Below, piece by piece: positions 1 through 11,628 of a stretch of DNA of 64,000 nucleotides (the stretch's first letter is position 1; every line of letters starts with the position of its first letter). The DNA is from Basidiobolus meristosporus CBS 931.73 (lineage: Eukaryota; Fungi; Basidiobolomycota), in NCBI GenBank assembly GCA_002104905.1, contig MCFE01000268.1, forward strand, positions 1-64,000. Direction: 5' to 3'. The notes beneath the pieces were generated by a model. The model did not search any database. It had not been told where the DNA came from and worked only from the letters and a program-made list of their open reading frames with translations. A program made the translations under genes and the position numbers.

Positions 1-1082
1 AATGGAGTGGTTCAAGGCTCTGTGCTTGGTCCTATACTGTTTGCCATCTTCCTGAATGATTTCCCAAGACTCCCAGCTGACTGCCTGGTTACTCTCTTTG
101 CTGATGACATCAGAATATCCTCCTCCAATGAGCAACAAGACTCCCAGACCATCCACCAGTATCTGCAGAAGAATAATCTCCAGCTTTCCATTGCAAAGAC
201 AGTACCTTTAGGCTCTCCCATCAGCTTGGAGAACTCCACTCTACCTGCTCAGGTTTCTGCTACATATCTTGGCTTTCCTTTCCTTCCTACTGGACTAGAC
301 TCTGATGCACACCTGAAGAAGAGAATTATCCTGGCAAGACAGGCACTCCACAAGCTACTGGCTGTTACTCCTCCTACAACTTCAGCTCCCAGCTGCCTCC
401 TTCTACTCAAGCAGTTTGTCTTCCCTGTCCTGGAATTTGGCTTACCACTTCTCTCTCTTACTTCTAGAGACTGCACTAAGCTTGACAAGTTTGCAGTATG
501 GTGCATTACCTCCTTGGTGCCTCATTTGCCTGAATGCCCCTACAGACATGCTATTCTTGGTGCTTTTGGGTTTATGCCCTATAAGATCAGACTTCTCTAC
601 CTTAGAACCAGATTATATCTCAGACTTCACCACTGCAACAACCCACTGATTAAGGCCTGGAAGAGAACACACCACACAACACCTGGCTCCTGCTGGAGAA
701 CTATACTTGGAGATCCTGAAGTCAAGAAGTTTGCTCATTATATTCTGCAGTCAGAAAAGCCCAAGCTGGCCTACCTGAAGTACTTGACAGACCTTTGGCA
801 GCAATATCTGCAGCAGCACACTCCCTTTATGATGAATATCAATCCTTATCACATTCCCCTCATTAATGTTGTTCACAAGTCATTCTTACCTCTCTTGCTA
901 CCCCCCTTCCCACTAAACAGTGTCTTGAGCACTGAAGAACTATCATCACTTCTTATTAACTTACCTACAAATTCCCCTCAGCTACACACTCTTGTATCAA
1001 AGCTACAACAGTAGCACTGGCTTCTTTGTTTCAACTGAAATAAAGATTTCACCTGTTGGTGACTGTCTCCCCCTAACCCTAA
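1..1082 (+). mobile_element. Non-LTR (LINE-like) retrotransposon, 3' part: reverse-transcriptase ORF 7..1014 plus 3' tail; 5' part lies outside the window
   Basis: ORF opens with VQGSVLGPILFAIFLND...LFADD (LINE RT motifs). Tail has AATAAA at 1039-1044, a TCACC/GGTGA hairpin at 1049-1062 and CCCTAACCCTAA at 1071-1082. No CpG found by eye. Confidence 0.9.
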
Positions 1083-1206
1083 GATATCTCTTAGACCTGG
1101 CTTTCTAGAAATTACTTCAGATTAACATGGCTTCTTTGGATACTTGTCATAAGTAAATAAAGATTTCACCACTTGGTGACTTTCCTCCCCCTACCCCTAA
1201 CTCTAA
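1083..1206 (+). mobile_element. Severely 5'-truncated second copy of the LINE 3' end
   Basis: Repeats TGGCTTCTTTG...AATAAAGATTTCACC-ACTT-GGTGACT...CCCTACCCCTAACTCTAA directly after the first tail. Confidence 0.7.
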
Positions 1207-1229
1207 AACTCTGGCAACATTATGCACTG

Positions 1230-1545
1230 CAACCCTGGCCCTAAGAAAAAAATTCAGAAAAGGTCAGTAGAGTGTCATCACAATATTAGCTGAGATCCAG
1301 GTTTTTCAAAACTCACAACTCTCAACATCTCAGGTACTTGCTGTTGAGCAAACAAGCAGATGTAATTTCCAAGATGAAACCAGGCCAACCAGTATTCATA
1401 CTAAAAGTGGCAATCACTTGCCCACTATTTCTATCACAGGTTGCAACTGAAAGTTTGAGGGGAAAACACCAGATGAATACCAGTAAAACACCATCAAAAT
1501 ACCTGCTGAAAATCAGACAAATTGTAAGTTTGATATTTCTCATAT
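1230..1545 (+). repeat. Unclassified dispersed repeat (family X), copy 1
   Basis: By-eye similarity (CCCTAAGAAAAA...GAATACCAG...GATTTCTCATA) to the reverse complement of 39310-39740 and 44696-45120. CpG-free. Confidence 0.65.
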
Positions 1546-1840
1546 GGTGTGGGGGAGTTATCCCAGTCACTGTACCATATTCTTGCATTCTTTAGATTCT
1601 TACTTGACTAAGGTGGTTGCAACTGTTGATAAACTACTTCTTCCTCCAGCTATCCCACCTGTACCGCTTAGTTATTACTTACCTCCTTTTGAGCTTAGTA
1701 AAATTTGTTATAGGCTTTTGCAAAATGATTTTCCTCTTTATTCACTTGTAAAAAAAGCTACCCCTATGGCACTTGGCCACTCCATTTTGAGTCAATGAAA
1801 TAAAGGTTTTACCTGTTGGGGATGGTCACCCACCCCCAAG
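1545..1840 (+). mobile_element. Third, diverged LINE 3' fragment
   Basis: ORF 1544..1798 (PLSYYLPPFELSKICYRLLQNDFPLYSLVKK) aligns with the C-terminus of ORF 7..1014 (PLNSVLSTEELSSLLINLPTNSPQLHTLVSK). It is followed by AATAAA (1799-1804), an imperfect hairpin and a C-rich tail. Confidence 0.65.
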
Positions 1841-2278
1841 ACCTATGAAGGGTCATTCAACAGGAAAATCAATAACAAATGTGTTTGACTTATCAGGAGC
1901 CCATTGATATTGATTCATAAAATGTCCGGAGCTTTATGAAGTGATTAAAGTTGTATGGCTCAGAGTAATTTGAAAGCAAGTGTAAACTGGCCGGGCTGTT
2001 TAGTCGAGCCCATGAGTACCTCCAGATTCATATAAAGTACCTCTAATCTGGTTAATAATGCTAATATTGCTATCAACACTACATATACAAAAGTACGTGC
2101 CTGTCTATTTTCATTCAAATTTATTTCCTGGTATTTAACAAGAATGCACTTGATGAGGTGGAAAGGACAAAACACAAAAAGAACTATATATTAATTGGGG
2201 TGATTTCGTTATATGCCCGTTAAAGAGCCACGTGGTTGCCACCGCTCTAGTGGGGTTGCACAAATATCAAGTATAACC

Positions 2279-2797
2279 TCAGCCTTCAACACATTGGCCA
2301 TTGAATGAGTACTGTGCCACACAACCAGCTCCACAATACTCGCTAGAAGAGCCACAGTATCCACCTGAAGAGCAACATGGCATGCTCTCGGGGCATGTGT
2401 GGCCACCAAAATTCGGGCAACCTTCATTTTCCGGTAAGGGCTCCCTTCCTTGAATAGTAAAGTAGGAGCTATATAGATATTTATCCGATGACTTGCCAAC
2501 GGTAACCGCGTAGTCACGTGCCGATGTAAGTTGAGAAGATACTATGTAATGGCAGCTTCCATCTGGCCCAGACTTATTTGTGCAAATAGGATTAGAGATG
2601 TGTGGCACCATCTGTAGGTTACTCGCCTCTCCATGTACCAAGCGAACATCTACGCTGGACTCTTGCGCGTTTTTCCAAGAGATAGTCACATTGGAGCCAG
2701 TTCTCCAAACGACTCCCGACCCAGGTGTCACGACTTGACTCGTACCAAAGTTTAAGAAGCAAAGAGAAATTAAAGAAATTAAGCACTTAGAAATCAT
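2279..2797 (-). CDS. Secreted protein: signal peptide + Kre9/Knh1-like (Ser-Thr-rich GPI-family) N-terminal domain + C-terminal hevein/CBM18 chitin-binding domain
   Basis: Hydrophobic N-terminus; VVTPGSGVVWRTGSNVTISW motif; CCSSGGYCGSSSEYCGAGC hevein signature. Confidence 0.85.
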   Translation of the reverse strand: MISKCLISLISLCFLNFGTSQVVTPGSGVVWRTGSNVTISWKNAQESSVDVRLVHGEASNLQMVPHISNPICTNKSGPDGSCHYIVSSQLTSARDYAVTVGKSSDKYLYSSYFTIQGREPLPENEGCPNFGGHTCPESMPCCSSGGYCGSSSEYCGAGCVAQYSFNGQCVEG

Positions 2798-3635
2798 GAT
2801 GTTTAACAGTAGTTGAAGATTATTGCTGAATGAATTCTACACTGTCGGATTCCAGGTATTTATTGGATTTTGTTCTCAACCACGCAGGATTATTTATCAA
2901 TTGCTTTAAAGACTAGCAACGCAGTATCAATATAATGCTTATTGTATCTGAAATAATCCATCCGAATGCAATTCATTTGTACAACGATATAATCCCCGGC
3001 CTCTAAAACGAATGTGCATGACAACCTTTTATTAATTAATGTAAGTAAATTGAAATATAATCCACCTATTCCTCAGCCTCTGCCTTATCAAGCTACTGAT
3101 CCATCAATGGAAGTTCACGGGCTGAGCCTTAGGCACCACCCCCTAGAGCCATAGGTTCCTAGAACAAGGTAAATCGATGTAGTCCCTAATCGTTAAATTC
3201 TCCTTACAACGATAATTTTCCTTTCCCTGTATCGGTGGGCAATTCTTTGGCCAATGAATATAGCAGCATTTCGATTTTGTAGATACCTCATATGCTAGTA
3301 ATTACATCTTGTGAGGTGCCTTGCATGATCAGGGACATATGCCCTCCACAGCATCAGCCTGGTTACTTCTAATCGAGTATACAATGGCGGCAGCTTGGGT
3401 GAGCTCACTCCCTAGGGCGATCAGCTACGTATTGTGACCGGTTGGTAGTCAGGGCTTGATGATAATTGTTGCAGTATTGCTTGGGGCTTCATGCTGGTCA
3501 CAATAGATTTCCAACATTCAGGCAAAGTGTATTTGCGTTTATTGTATAGAAGCGTGAATAATATGTTCGAATTTCTAAAAGAATCTATTTCCTGCAACAG
3601 TGCTACTGAGTATATCGACTATCCTTGTCTGAGAG

Positions 3636-4596
3636 CTATGACTTTCCATCCTCTTCATTGATCATATCTAAGCAGATATTGTCGTCGCCCTCACCCCTCG
3701 TTAGTGATTGAAGAGAATGTGTGTACGATTTCCCACCGTGCTCAGCATAGGTTTGACTGGTGCCGTTCGGACTAAATGTTTGTGTCCTTTCCTTTCTACG
3801 ATGATGTGAATTCCATAGCTGCTCAGTCATCAACTTCGAACTCAATGTCCCTGCGCCGGAAAAAAATAAGTAAAAATCAGCGAATTATAATGAATAGATA
3901 ATGATGTCACCTACATCCCAGGTCTAGGAAATAGCCGTTGATTGCTGGTGCCACTTGAATAACGATCAGCAGTAAGATAATTGCAATGACTATACATATG
4001 GAGAAGACATATATGATGCCATCCTTGATCAGTGCACTGTATACTCCTCCGGTCTGGACTTTTGATACTCTTAGTAGACTCCCAATGAAGGCAATGCTCA
4101 GAAAGATCACCAAGCAACCTTCAGCACTGACTAGCAACATGAACAGCAGATCTGTACCCATGGAAAAGCAAGACCCAATTGAGGTTGCAATAGGCCTAAT
4201 GTTGTTCAGAATTATTACATGGACAACGAATCTTCCCACCTCGATTAATGCTCCGCATGCAGCAATAGGCTTCGAGCACATATTCGCGTAATACGCCTTG
4301 GTAATGAGAATCACCTCGATCAACATTGTTGACAGATAGTATGTGATGGCCGCTAGTAGAATCCCAAATTGACAATTTTGATTGTTAATCAAAATTAGGA
4401 TACATTGAATACTTTTGCTTAACAGCAGAATCAAACTCTGCCCTAGATTCAACTTATATATGAATGTCCTATCTTTCCTCAGCATTTTTACACTTGCTAC
4501 AGTGTTGCTGAGAGCTACAGGGATCGCGATAGCGGCTATCATAACATTCACATTGCTCTGAAAGATAATATCGGATGTGACGGTTACGGCGCTCAT
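3636..4596 (-). CDS. Seven-transmembrane GPCR-like membrane protein, 2 exons
   Basis: ORF 3907..4596 has six hydrophobic helices. A GTAGGT...CGCAG intron joins it in frame to ORF 3636..3845, giving LDLGWTLSSKLMTEQL as the last helix. Confidence 0.75.
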
Positions 4597-6204
4597 TGTA
4601 ATCCTAGTGAACGATTAGGCGACTATCCTCGACGAGTTCGCGCTTCAAGAGCAGCAGAGAAAAACGATGAATATACCTGGAGGATAAGGTGAAGCAGACT
4701 ATAGACAAGAGTTATCCATGCAAGTGAAATATCGCGCTTATATATAGCAGTGCAAAAACAGAAATTGGGGAAGAAGATCACATAACATGAAATCTCTTTG
4801 AACTGACGAGTATGACCATCAGAAAGTTACACGAGTTGAATACGCATTTCACCAGGATTTCGAAATTAGTGCAGGCAGTTGTGTCAGAGACGTGCAGCAT
4901 TTAAGCATTCAAATTGGATCAGAAGTATGTACAAGTAGAGGTTGGAACCTAGGCCAAGAGCCTGCCTGGCTGCCTGGTATTGGTGATGCCTAAACCATCT
5001 CTATAGATGACGCTACATCTAGTTACGACAATCAGCTCGACCAGCAGTCACTGATCACATTACAGGGTAAGTGCCACTGATTTTGCAACTCATGCGAATT
5101 ACAACCCTCTAATTTACACAGCATGCTGAATCGACCATTCTACAGGATTTCTCAACTGATATTTCGCAATCCATATCTGAACACACTACAGCGGATCCAA
5201 TGGATATCCGTTCTTCTGCTGCCACCATACAAGCTCTATAGGGAGTGGTACAACGAAGAGTCATAGATATCAATAGACAATCCACGTTTAGTGTTACTCG
5301 GCACAATTGCCATACAGATGATCTCTTCCAAATGAACTTAGTAACAATGAGCTGACCACCGTGGTCCTCGCACTGAATACTATCTTGCCTGACCTAACTA
5401 GGGTTTGCGATGTTTACTTCTAGGAAAGCTCGAAGAAACAGCCCTTATGTGAGTGACCTGATTCAATGAAAACAGTCGCAGAGATGAGTGCTTTGCTAGC
5501 TATTCAACCCTGGGTGGCGATGCGTGAAGAATTGATAGGACTTAATCCTCAGGTAACGGCCTTCCCAGACTCTCTGACTCCGAGCACTGCCAATTCCTCC
5601 AAAGGAGATTGGAATCCCCGGATATTCTAATGTGATTGCTATGCTTCACTTCTGAAGGCTTGGGCTTGGCATGGGCAGGAACTAGGTGATAATCGGCAAA
5701 CGTGATGGTAGCACAAATGCTCTCTAAATCCTTTTTGGGATTGATAGATAAGATATATATTTCAATTCATGTTAAGCGGTTGCAACAAACCAGGCCCTAA
5801 ATTTGGCTTTGAGAGATGCAACAGCATGCTTTCGTCATTCCATGCCACTACATCATTTTCTGTGTAGCCACATCGAGCCAATCCTAGCATATACCCGAAT
5901 TCCCTCCCCATGCTTATGTAGTCCATGTTACAGCAGGAATCCCGAAACAATTGGGCCATCTTAGTTTTGAACAATGCAACCAAGAATCGCAGAATCCCAA
6001 TAATAGAAGCATTACATGCAACAAGCATTTCCTTTACGAAGAGCTGCCTTCGTATGCATCTTTATTATTCAGATCCTGGGAGTATCTATACAATACACAC
6101 AGTAACGGGAGGGAAGTTGAGATGGCCGATCCCCGTTGATGAGCCACATCTTCACCACCCTGCTTTGCATTGGGTAGGATGCCTGCAGACTCTGCTTTGC
6201 ATAT

Positions 6205-6846
6205 CTAGCTGCTTCTCTGGATCACCAACCGATCCTGGCTGTGGTTATCTTTGCAGTTGTCGGGTGTGGAGTATCTCTTTATCAATTTTCTATAGTTAGG
6301 CTTTTCGTGATGATTAGGTAGTTTATCAAATTCAATCTTCTTCGAATGCAGTGCTGCAGGTCCGGAGGACACATCTTTACCATTCGCGTCTTTATCACCC
6401 TCATATGGCCTACCTCTCCGGCTGTCAGCTTCAGCAACTGGCTGAGTATCCTGTACCTCGGGAATCACGGTACCCCCAAATGACTCGAAATTGTCAAAAC
6501 CAGTTCCAGCCTTATCAGCTGGACTCCTAAGCTTAGCATGGAATTGAACAAATACTGGGCTGCTGGCATCGCTATCACCCACGTAGGGATCAAGAGTGGG
6601 AGTATAGACTGTTGGAAAATAGTCATTCAGATCGGAATCAGCAGTATCATCGTGTATAGTGTCGCCGTATTGTAATGGAATCCCGTTTGAGGACGATGAT
6701 GGTGATGACGCCGTTCTGAGCTCCGGTGCTTCCGAGTATAATCGTTCGAACTTATCTTGCACTCCATTATATTTCGGGAAAACTGATCCTTGGGCTACCA
6801 GCAGAATTGAATGCACCATCAGAAGGCTTAAAGAGGCACGCTTCAT
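6205..6846 (-). CDS. Secreted acidic low-complexity protein of unknown function (213 aa)
   Basis: Signal-peptide-like N-terminus MKRASLSLLMVHSILLVAQG; long open frame in a CpG-rich tract. Confidence 0.65.
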   Translation of the reverse strand: MKRASLSLLMVHSILLVAQGSVFPKYNGVQDKFERLYSEAPELRTASSPSSSSNGIPLQYGDTIHDDTADSDLNDYFPTVYTPTLDPYVGDSDASSPVFVQFHAKLRSPADKAGTGFDNFESFGGTVIPEVQDTQPVAEADSRRGRPYEGDKDANGKDVSSGPAALHSKKIEFDKLPNHHEKPNYRKLIKRYSTPDNCKDNHSQDRLVIQRSS

Positions 6847-7485
6847 GTTGAAATCAATTGAATTAGGGGTTAAAGGATTAATTCGATGCTCGTTAGCAAC
6901 CCAGTTCGGCAGCCTTGGGATGAAGGGTAGGCCTCAGCTTAATCAAAATATATAGACTCGGTCGATACACGCTCTGCATACTCCTTGAAACGGATCCCAG
7001 CCCACTACAAGTCTCCGAATGACCAGCCTCATCTCGACCAATGTACCATTACACCATCTATCTCATGATGTCATGTAGGCTGTGTGGCAAAAGTATCTGA
7101 TGTTTTGCCTACTTTCAAAACATCCCCTTACATTCGGACTCCTCAGGGTAGGTTCGGCTCAGGCTCTGAACAGCATGCATTCTAGAATACATGTGCACTT
7201 TCAATCACACTACAATGCTGCTCTTGGCGACATTGCTAAGGAAGGCCAGCATATGGGCCACCGAAGCCCGGTTCCACTTGTTTCGTATTAAGAATTTATT
7301 ATGAGCAGGTTCTCTTGATCCTTTGCTAATTCCATTCATCCGTATTTAACAATATTATGCCAAATCTTTCTAAAACTTGTTGGGGTATCCGAATTTTTAA
7401 GCTAAGTAAGCAAATTATTATTGAAAAGATTGAGGTGAGCCACTGACAGTAACAACCGTCGGGGTCAAGGATATCCAGGCTAGGA

Positions 7486-8919
7486 TCACCTTGCCTTATA
7501 CCATCTACTTGTTTTCTCGATGTTGATCAGAGCCACCGGCGATATGTAGCCAGATTTGTTCAGGTCGCTGATAATCTCTGCTTGCTTGATTTCGATCGCT
7601 CGGGCTCGACTAACCGGAATGTTCATTTTCTCCAAGTACCAGGATGGCAATCCCATAGGGATTCTCAAATGTATACGATTTCGTCTATCGTCAGGATTGG
7701 GCCCACCATAATCACCAGAATATGAAAAAGCACCCTCGATATTACGTTTGTGCAAATTAATTGGTAGTGCAGAGAAACCCAGGTTTGAGGCGACATCGCT
7801 CAACCCTGTGGCTTCATGGGTTACTATTTCCTCCACATCTTTCTTAGGAGCCCTGGACGTAGCAATCTCTTCTACTCTTCTGGTGGCAGGACCAGACGTT
7901 TCTCTATCCTTCTTTTTGTCTCTATTGTCGGGAAATGTTGGTCCCTTGAATTTCTCACTTGGCGCGTTCGAGTATTGGTAGCACAAAGCTTCGATAGGTA
8001 TCATATCCTTAACTTGGACTTGGAACGGTGTCAAGTAATCGTTTAGAGAGGCTTGAGTGCTATCAAAATTTGTTCCCATGTAGCTTTCTCTTCGGGTTAG
8101 ATTCGCCTTTTGCCAGTCTGCCCAAATCTTATCTACAAATGCGTGATGAATCCAAAAGATGGGACTCCAAATAATGTCAGTCTATGGAGGGTTACTCATG
8201 GTGCTTCAGGTACTTACTCATTAGCACTCGAAGCCATATCCAGATCTCCTCTTTCGCCGCCAATGCCGATGTGGATCCGATTATGCGGTACATCCTCAAT
8301 GTATTCTTGAAGCTCATGATAGTTCTGGGCGCTCTCCAAAAAGTAATTGAGAACCTCCGGTGGCATAAACGGCGATAGCAATGTTGTTCTGTCGAAATCC
8401 CTTCTTAAACAACGCTTCTCGGGGACCGTTACTGGCCAATTCGCGAACGGTCCTGTAGATACGCATGAATCTGGACCTTCCCCATTACCCCCAAACCACT
8501 TGAATACTGGGCTTTGTTCAGGAGCTTGTGAATCTAAAGACCAATCCTATAGATAAGATAGATTGATAGTTCAGCCTTAAATCAGAAGCATCAAGAGGAA
8601 GATGAATCGGCAGTACCCAGAATGGTATCGTTACCAGAGGATCGATTTGTTGCAGTGCCATTTCAAATTTCTTCAAAAACCACCGATGCCAGGGGAAAAA
8701 CGGAGCGAAACCATGGGCGATCTCAAAGTAGTCGTTGTGTTGCTTCACGAATTTATCATATTCACCGCTCCTTTTCAATTCCAAGATGCTGTCGATGAAA
8801 CGGGTCCTCTCCTCCGTCGTGAGCTGCCTGATTTCTCGTCTTGTATTAATTCTTGAGCACTCCAGCGAGCTTACAAGCTGAATGGATATAGACAGCACTA
8901 GTAAAACGATCACACGCAT
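7486..8919 (-). CDS. Secreted tyrosinase (di-copper centre), 3 exons (8919-8617, 8546-8218, 8164-7486), about 436 aa
   Basis: Signal peptide; CuA QHNDYFEIAHGFAPFFPWHR; CuB PHNRIHIGIGG...NDPIFWIHHAFVDKIW after splicing; exon lengths keep frame. Confidence 0.92.
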
Positions 8920-11052
8920 CGGCCAGAGGTATCGTTATTGGAAACTTAGCAAATTCTGGTATCTTCAGTCCGCAAGTAGCCAAGTGATTCTGGGGATCGG
9001 TTTCTGAAAGAAATCTTTTGAGTGTTAACAAAGAAATATCCAGGCGTATGTTGCTTTATCTCTTATATTTGTTAGAGGCAGATCTACGGCAACAAACACT
9101 CGCCTGTCACCTGTTCATCTTTGTTGATACTTTTGTGACAGATGTGGGTGTATGCCTGATGAGCTCGCGTGATTTGCTTCACTTGTGTTTCAAGATTGTT
9201 TTGTGAGAGACGGATAAGGCTCCGAGAAGGACATGACCATGTCGGCGATATTGGGGTGTGAGTAGGCCCTACGGGTGATTGTAGCCCTTACCAGAAAACA
9301 ATCATGCTCAATCATGCTTTGCGAAGTCCCCTGGCACAATCATCCGATGAGGAAGGATACGTGACTGTCGGGGCCAGCAACGCAACAAAAATCCGCCGCT
9401 TAAAAAAGGAGACTCACTAGATCTTTGTGATTCACATGTGCTATTCGTCGGTGGATTTTGAACACATTAGCTTGGTCGATTATCTGGTGGGAATCCCAGA
9501 GTGTGGCAAAGGGAGGAGACAACCAGAGTGAGAGGTGTTCTATAATGAGCAGGTTCCTTCTGTCCGACGTTTCATTAAGCATACGCGGCTAGCAGGCGCG
9601 TCGAAGGCAGGTGGATGAGACACTGGGATTGTTTCGTGATTCACTCTTTCTCGGCTGACACTAACTACGACTACACACGCTCTTCTGGAAGCTTGTGATA
9701 TCCCTCCAGGCCCTCCTATTAGTCGGACACGAAACAACCTTGGCTGATCTTTGTAAAAATAAATATTTATTGGCATCTTAGTTGCTCCGATGGTTCGAGA
9801 TGTGTGCAAGTTTCAATGTAAACCGGTATGGAAGGTGAACTCATTGTTTGCTAGGGGTTTGGCTGGATTGGAAACATTGGGATTGCCACGGTATCGATGG
9901 CGGATTTGACATCACTTGCTCTACACCGCAATACGATTACAGACGAGGTTCAAAGGTAAGGTGACTTTTGCCAGTATCATCGGTACATGATCATGCTTTG
10001 GCTTCCTTGCATTGCCCATACATGCGCTGCTTCAATGTGCATTTCTTGTCTATTCAACCAGCTTTTCGAAGTCGAGGCAAATGCTTATGGAGAATGCGTT
10101 TACATGAACTAAACTAGTGTTGCGCATCATATTCAAGCGGCAATTCTACTGGTTTCTGGGACGGCCGTAGTTCCATTGTTTGAGCGAATAATGCGCATGA
10201 AGCGTAAGTTGGTTGAAATTTGACCATCCCCATGATTTCTTCAAACCATAGGATCATAAGTGGAACTTTATCTATGCTCTTGAACTTTGGAAATCCTCGT
10301 CCATTCCATTTCAATTATTAATCTGCAACCAGGCGCCGCACCCAACAAATCCAAGCGGCCGGCCGTCTGTATTAAGCAACTTATGTATGCCTAGAATTGC
10401 GTAAAAATGATCTGCTTTGTTTCAAGTCGACGTAGTAGCATATATTCCGGCGAACTCGATAATAACATTGACGCCGGTTCCGCGAAACCCCATCTTTAAC
10501 AGGATTTAATCGCAGTATTGTCGAGCTGATTTAAACTATATCTCATCATGCCAACCTGGCTATTCGATTGTACAGGAATGGTAATTGTGAGGTTAGACTC
10601 GTCGGCGTATCAGCGAAAGTCGAATAAACTATGATTTGTGGGCTCGACGTATCATCGCGCGTGCATGAATTCCTCCTTCTCTAAAGAACAAGCTGAGTGG
10701 CCACACGTTAGCCGGGCCTCAGTCAATTATTTCCCTACATGGTTTTCTTGTTTTGGAGATGCTGTCATGGCTGGCCAATAGGGAAACGGGCATAATCCAG
10801 ATTCAAATATTCGATAAATATTCTATCCTGCCATTAAGGCCCAGCTTCTTTACAAACATCCTGTGAAATTGGAGTTAGATGAGGTTTCATACGGTCCACA
10901 GATGTTGACGAATCCCTATGGCCTCAGGAAGTTCTATTTAAATAGACTTGGTGGCGGCAACGGTCTGAAGAATAACTTGCCAAGCTACAGAACGGAGACA
11001 TTTATTCTCTCGAAAGTCACTTAGGAATCCCTTTTTTGCACTTACCCTTGTC

Positions 11053-11628
11053 ATGGACCCAAGATACAAACTCAAGAAGGCTTTCACCCATCCAGCCTCA
11101 CACTCAAACAATCGCATATTATCAGGGGTCGAGATGGTGAGCAGCCTTCGAGAAATGGACGCGCGGTACCAGGTTAACTTCTCTAACTGGGTGGCCGACG
11201 AAAAAAATGTCATCAACATCGGAGCCAAATTCGGCCAAATGGCTAGTGAAGAATACTCGGTACAACAGATAGGTAATGCCATGCTACTCGTGAGCAAGAA
11301 TTGGAGTGATGCCGCGCGTCAATACCTCTTCTATACTACCACAGCTGACTGGAGTGAATCACGAAGGGAGGCCCTTTACTGGTATTTGGTGACCCCTCGC
11401 AACCCAAAACACGTTCTGACTGCCAAGGATTTTACGCCACAGGTATGCGATGTCCGAATGGCACGATCCATTCTTAGAACCCATCCATACTATATACCTC
11501 GGACGGCAGATATCAAACCAACCGCTCCTAGCTCTCGTGTTAACAGAAATGGCTCCATACGTATTTCCGTTTCTTCCCTATCAGCATCCAACCCCCACGC
11601 ATATTATCACACAAGACATGGACGATAA
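11053..11628 (+). CDS. Hypothetical protein (191 aa)
   Basis: Uninterrupted ORF with a helical, Trp-periodic core (FSNWVAD...SKNWSD...TADWSE). No family recognised. Confidence 0.6.
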   Translation: MDPRYKLKKAFTHPASHSNNRILSGVEMVSSLREMDARYQVNFSNWVADEKNVINIGAKFGQMASEEYSVQQIGNAMLLVSKNWSDAARQYLFYTTTADWSESRREALYWYLVTPRNPKHVLTAKDFTPQVCDVRMARSILRTHPYYIPRTADIKPTAPSSRVNRNGSIRISVSSLSASNPHAYYHTRHGR

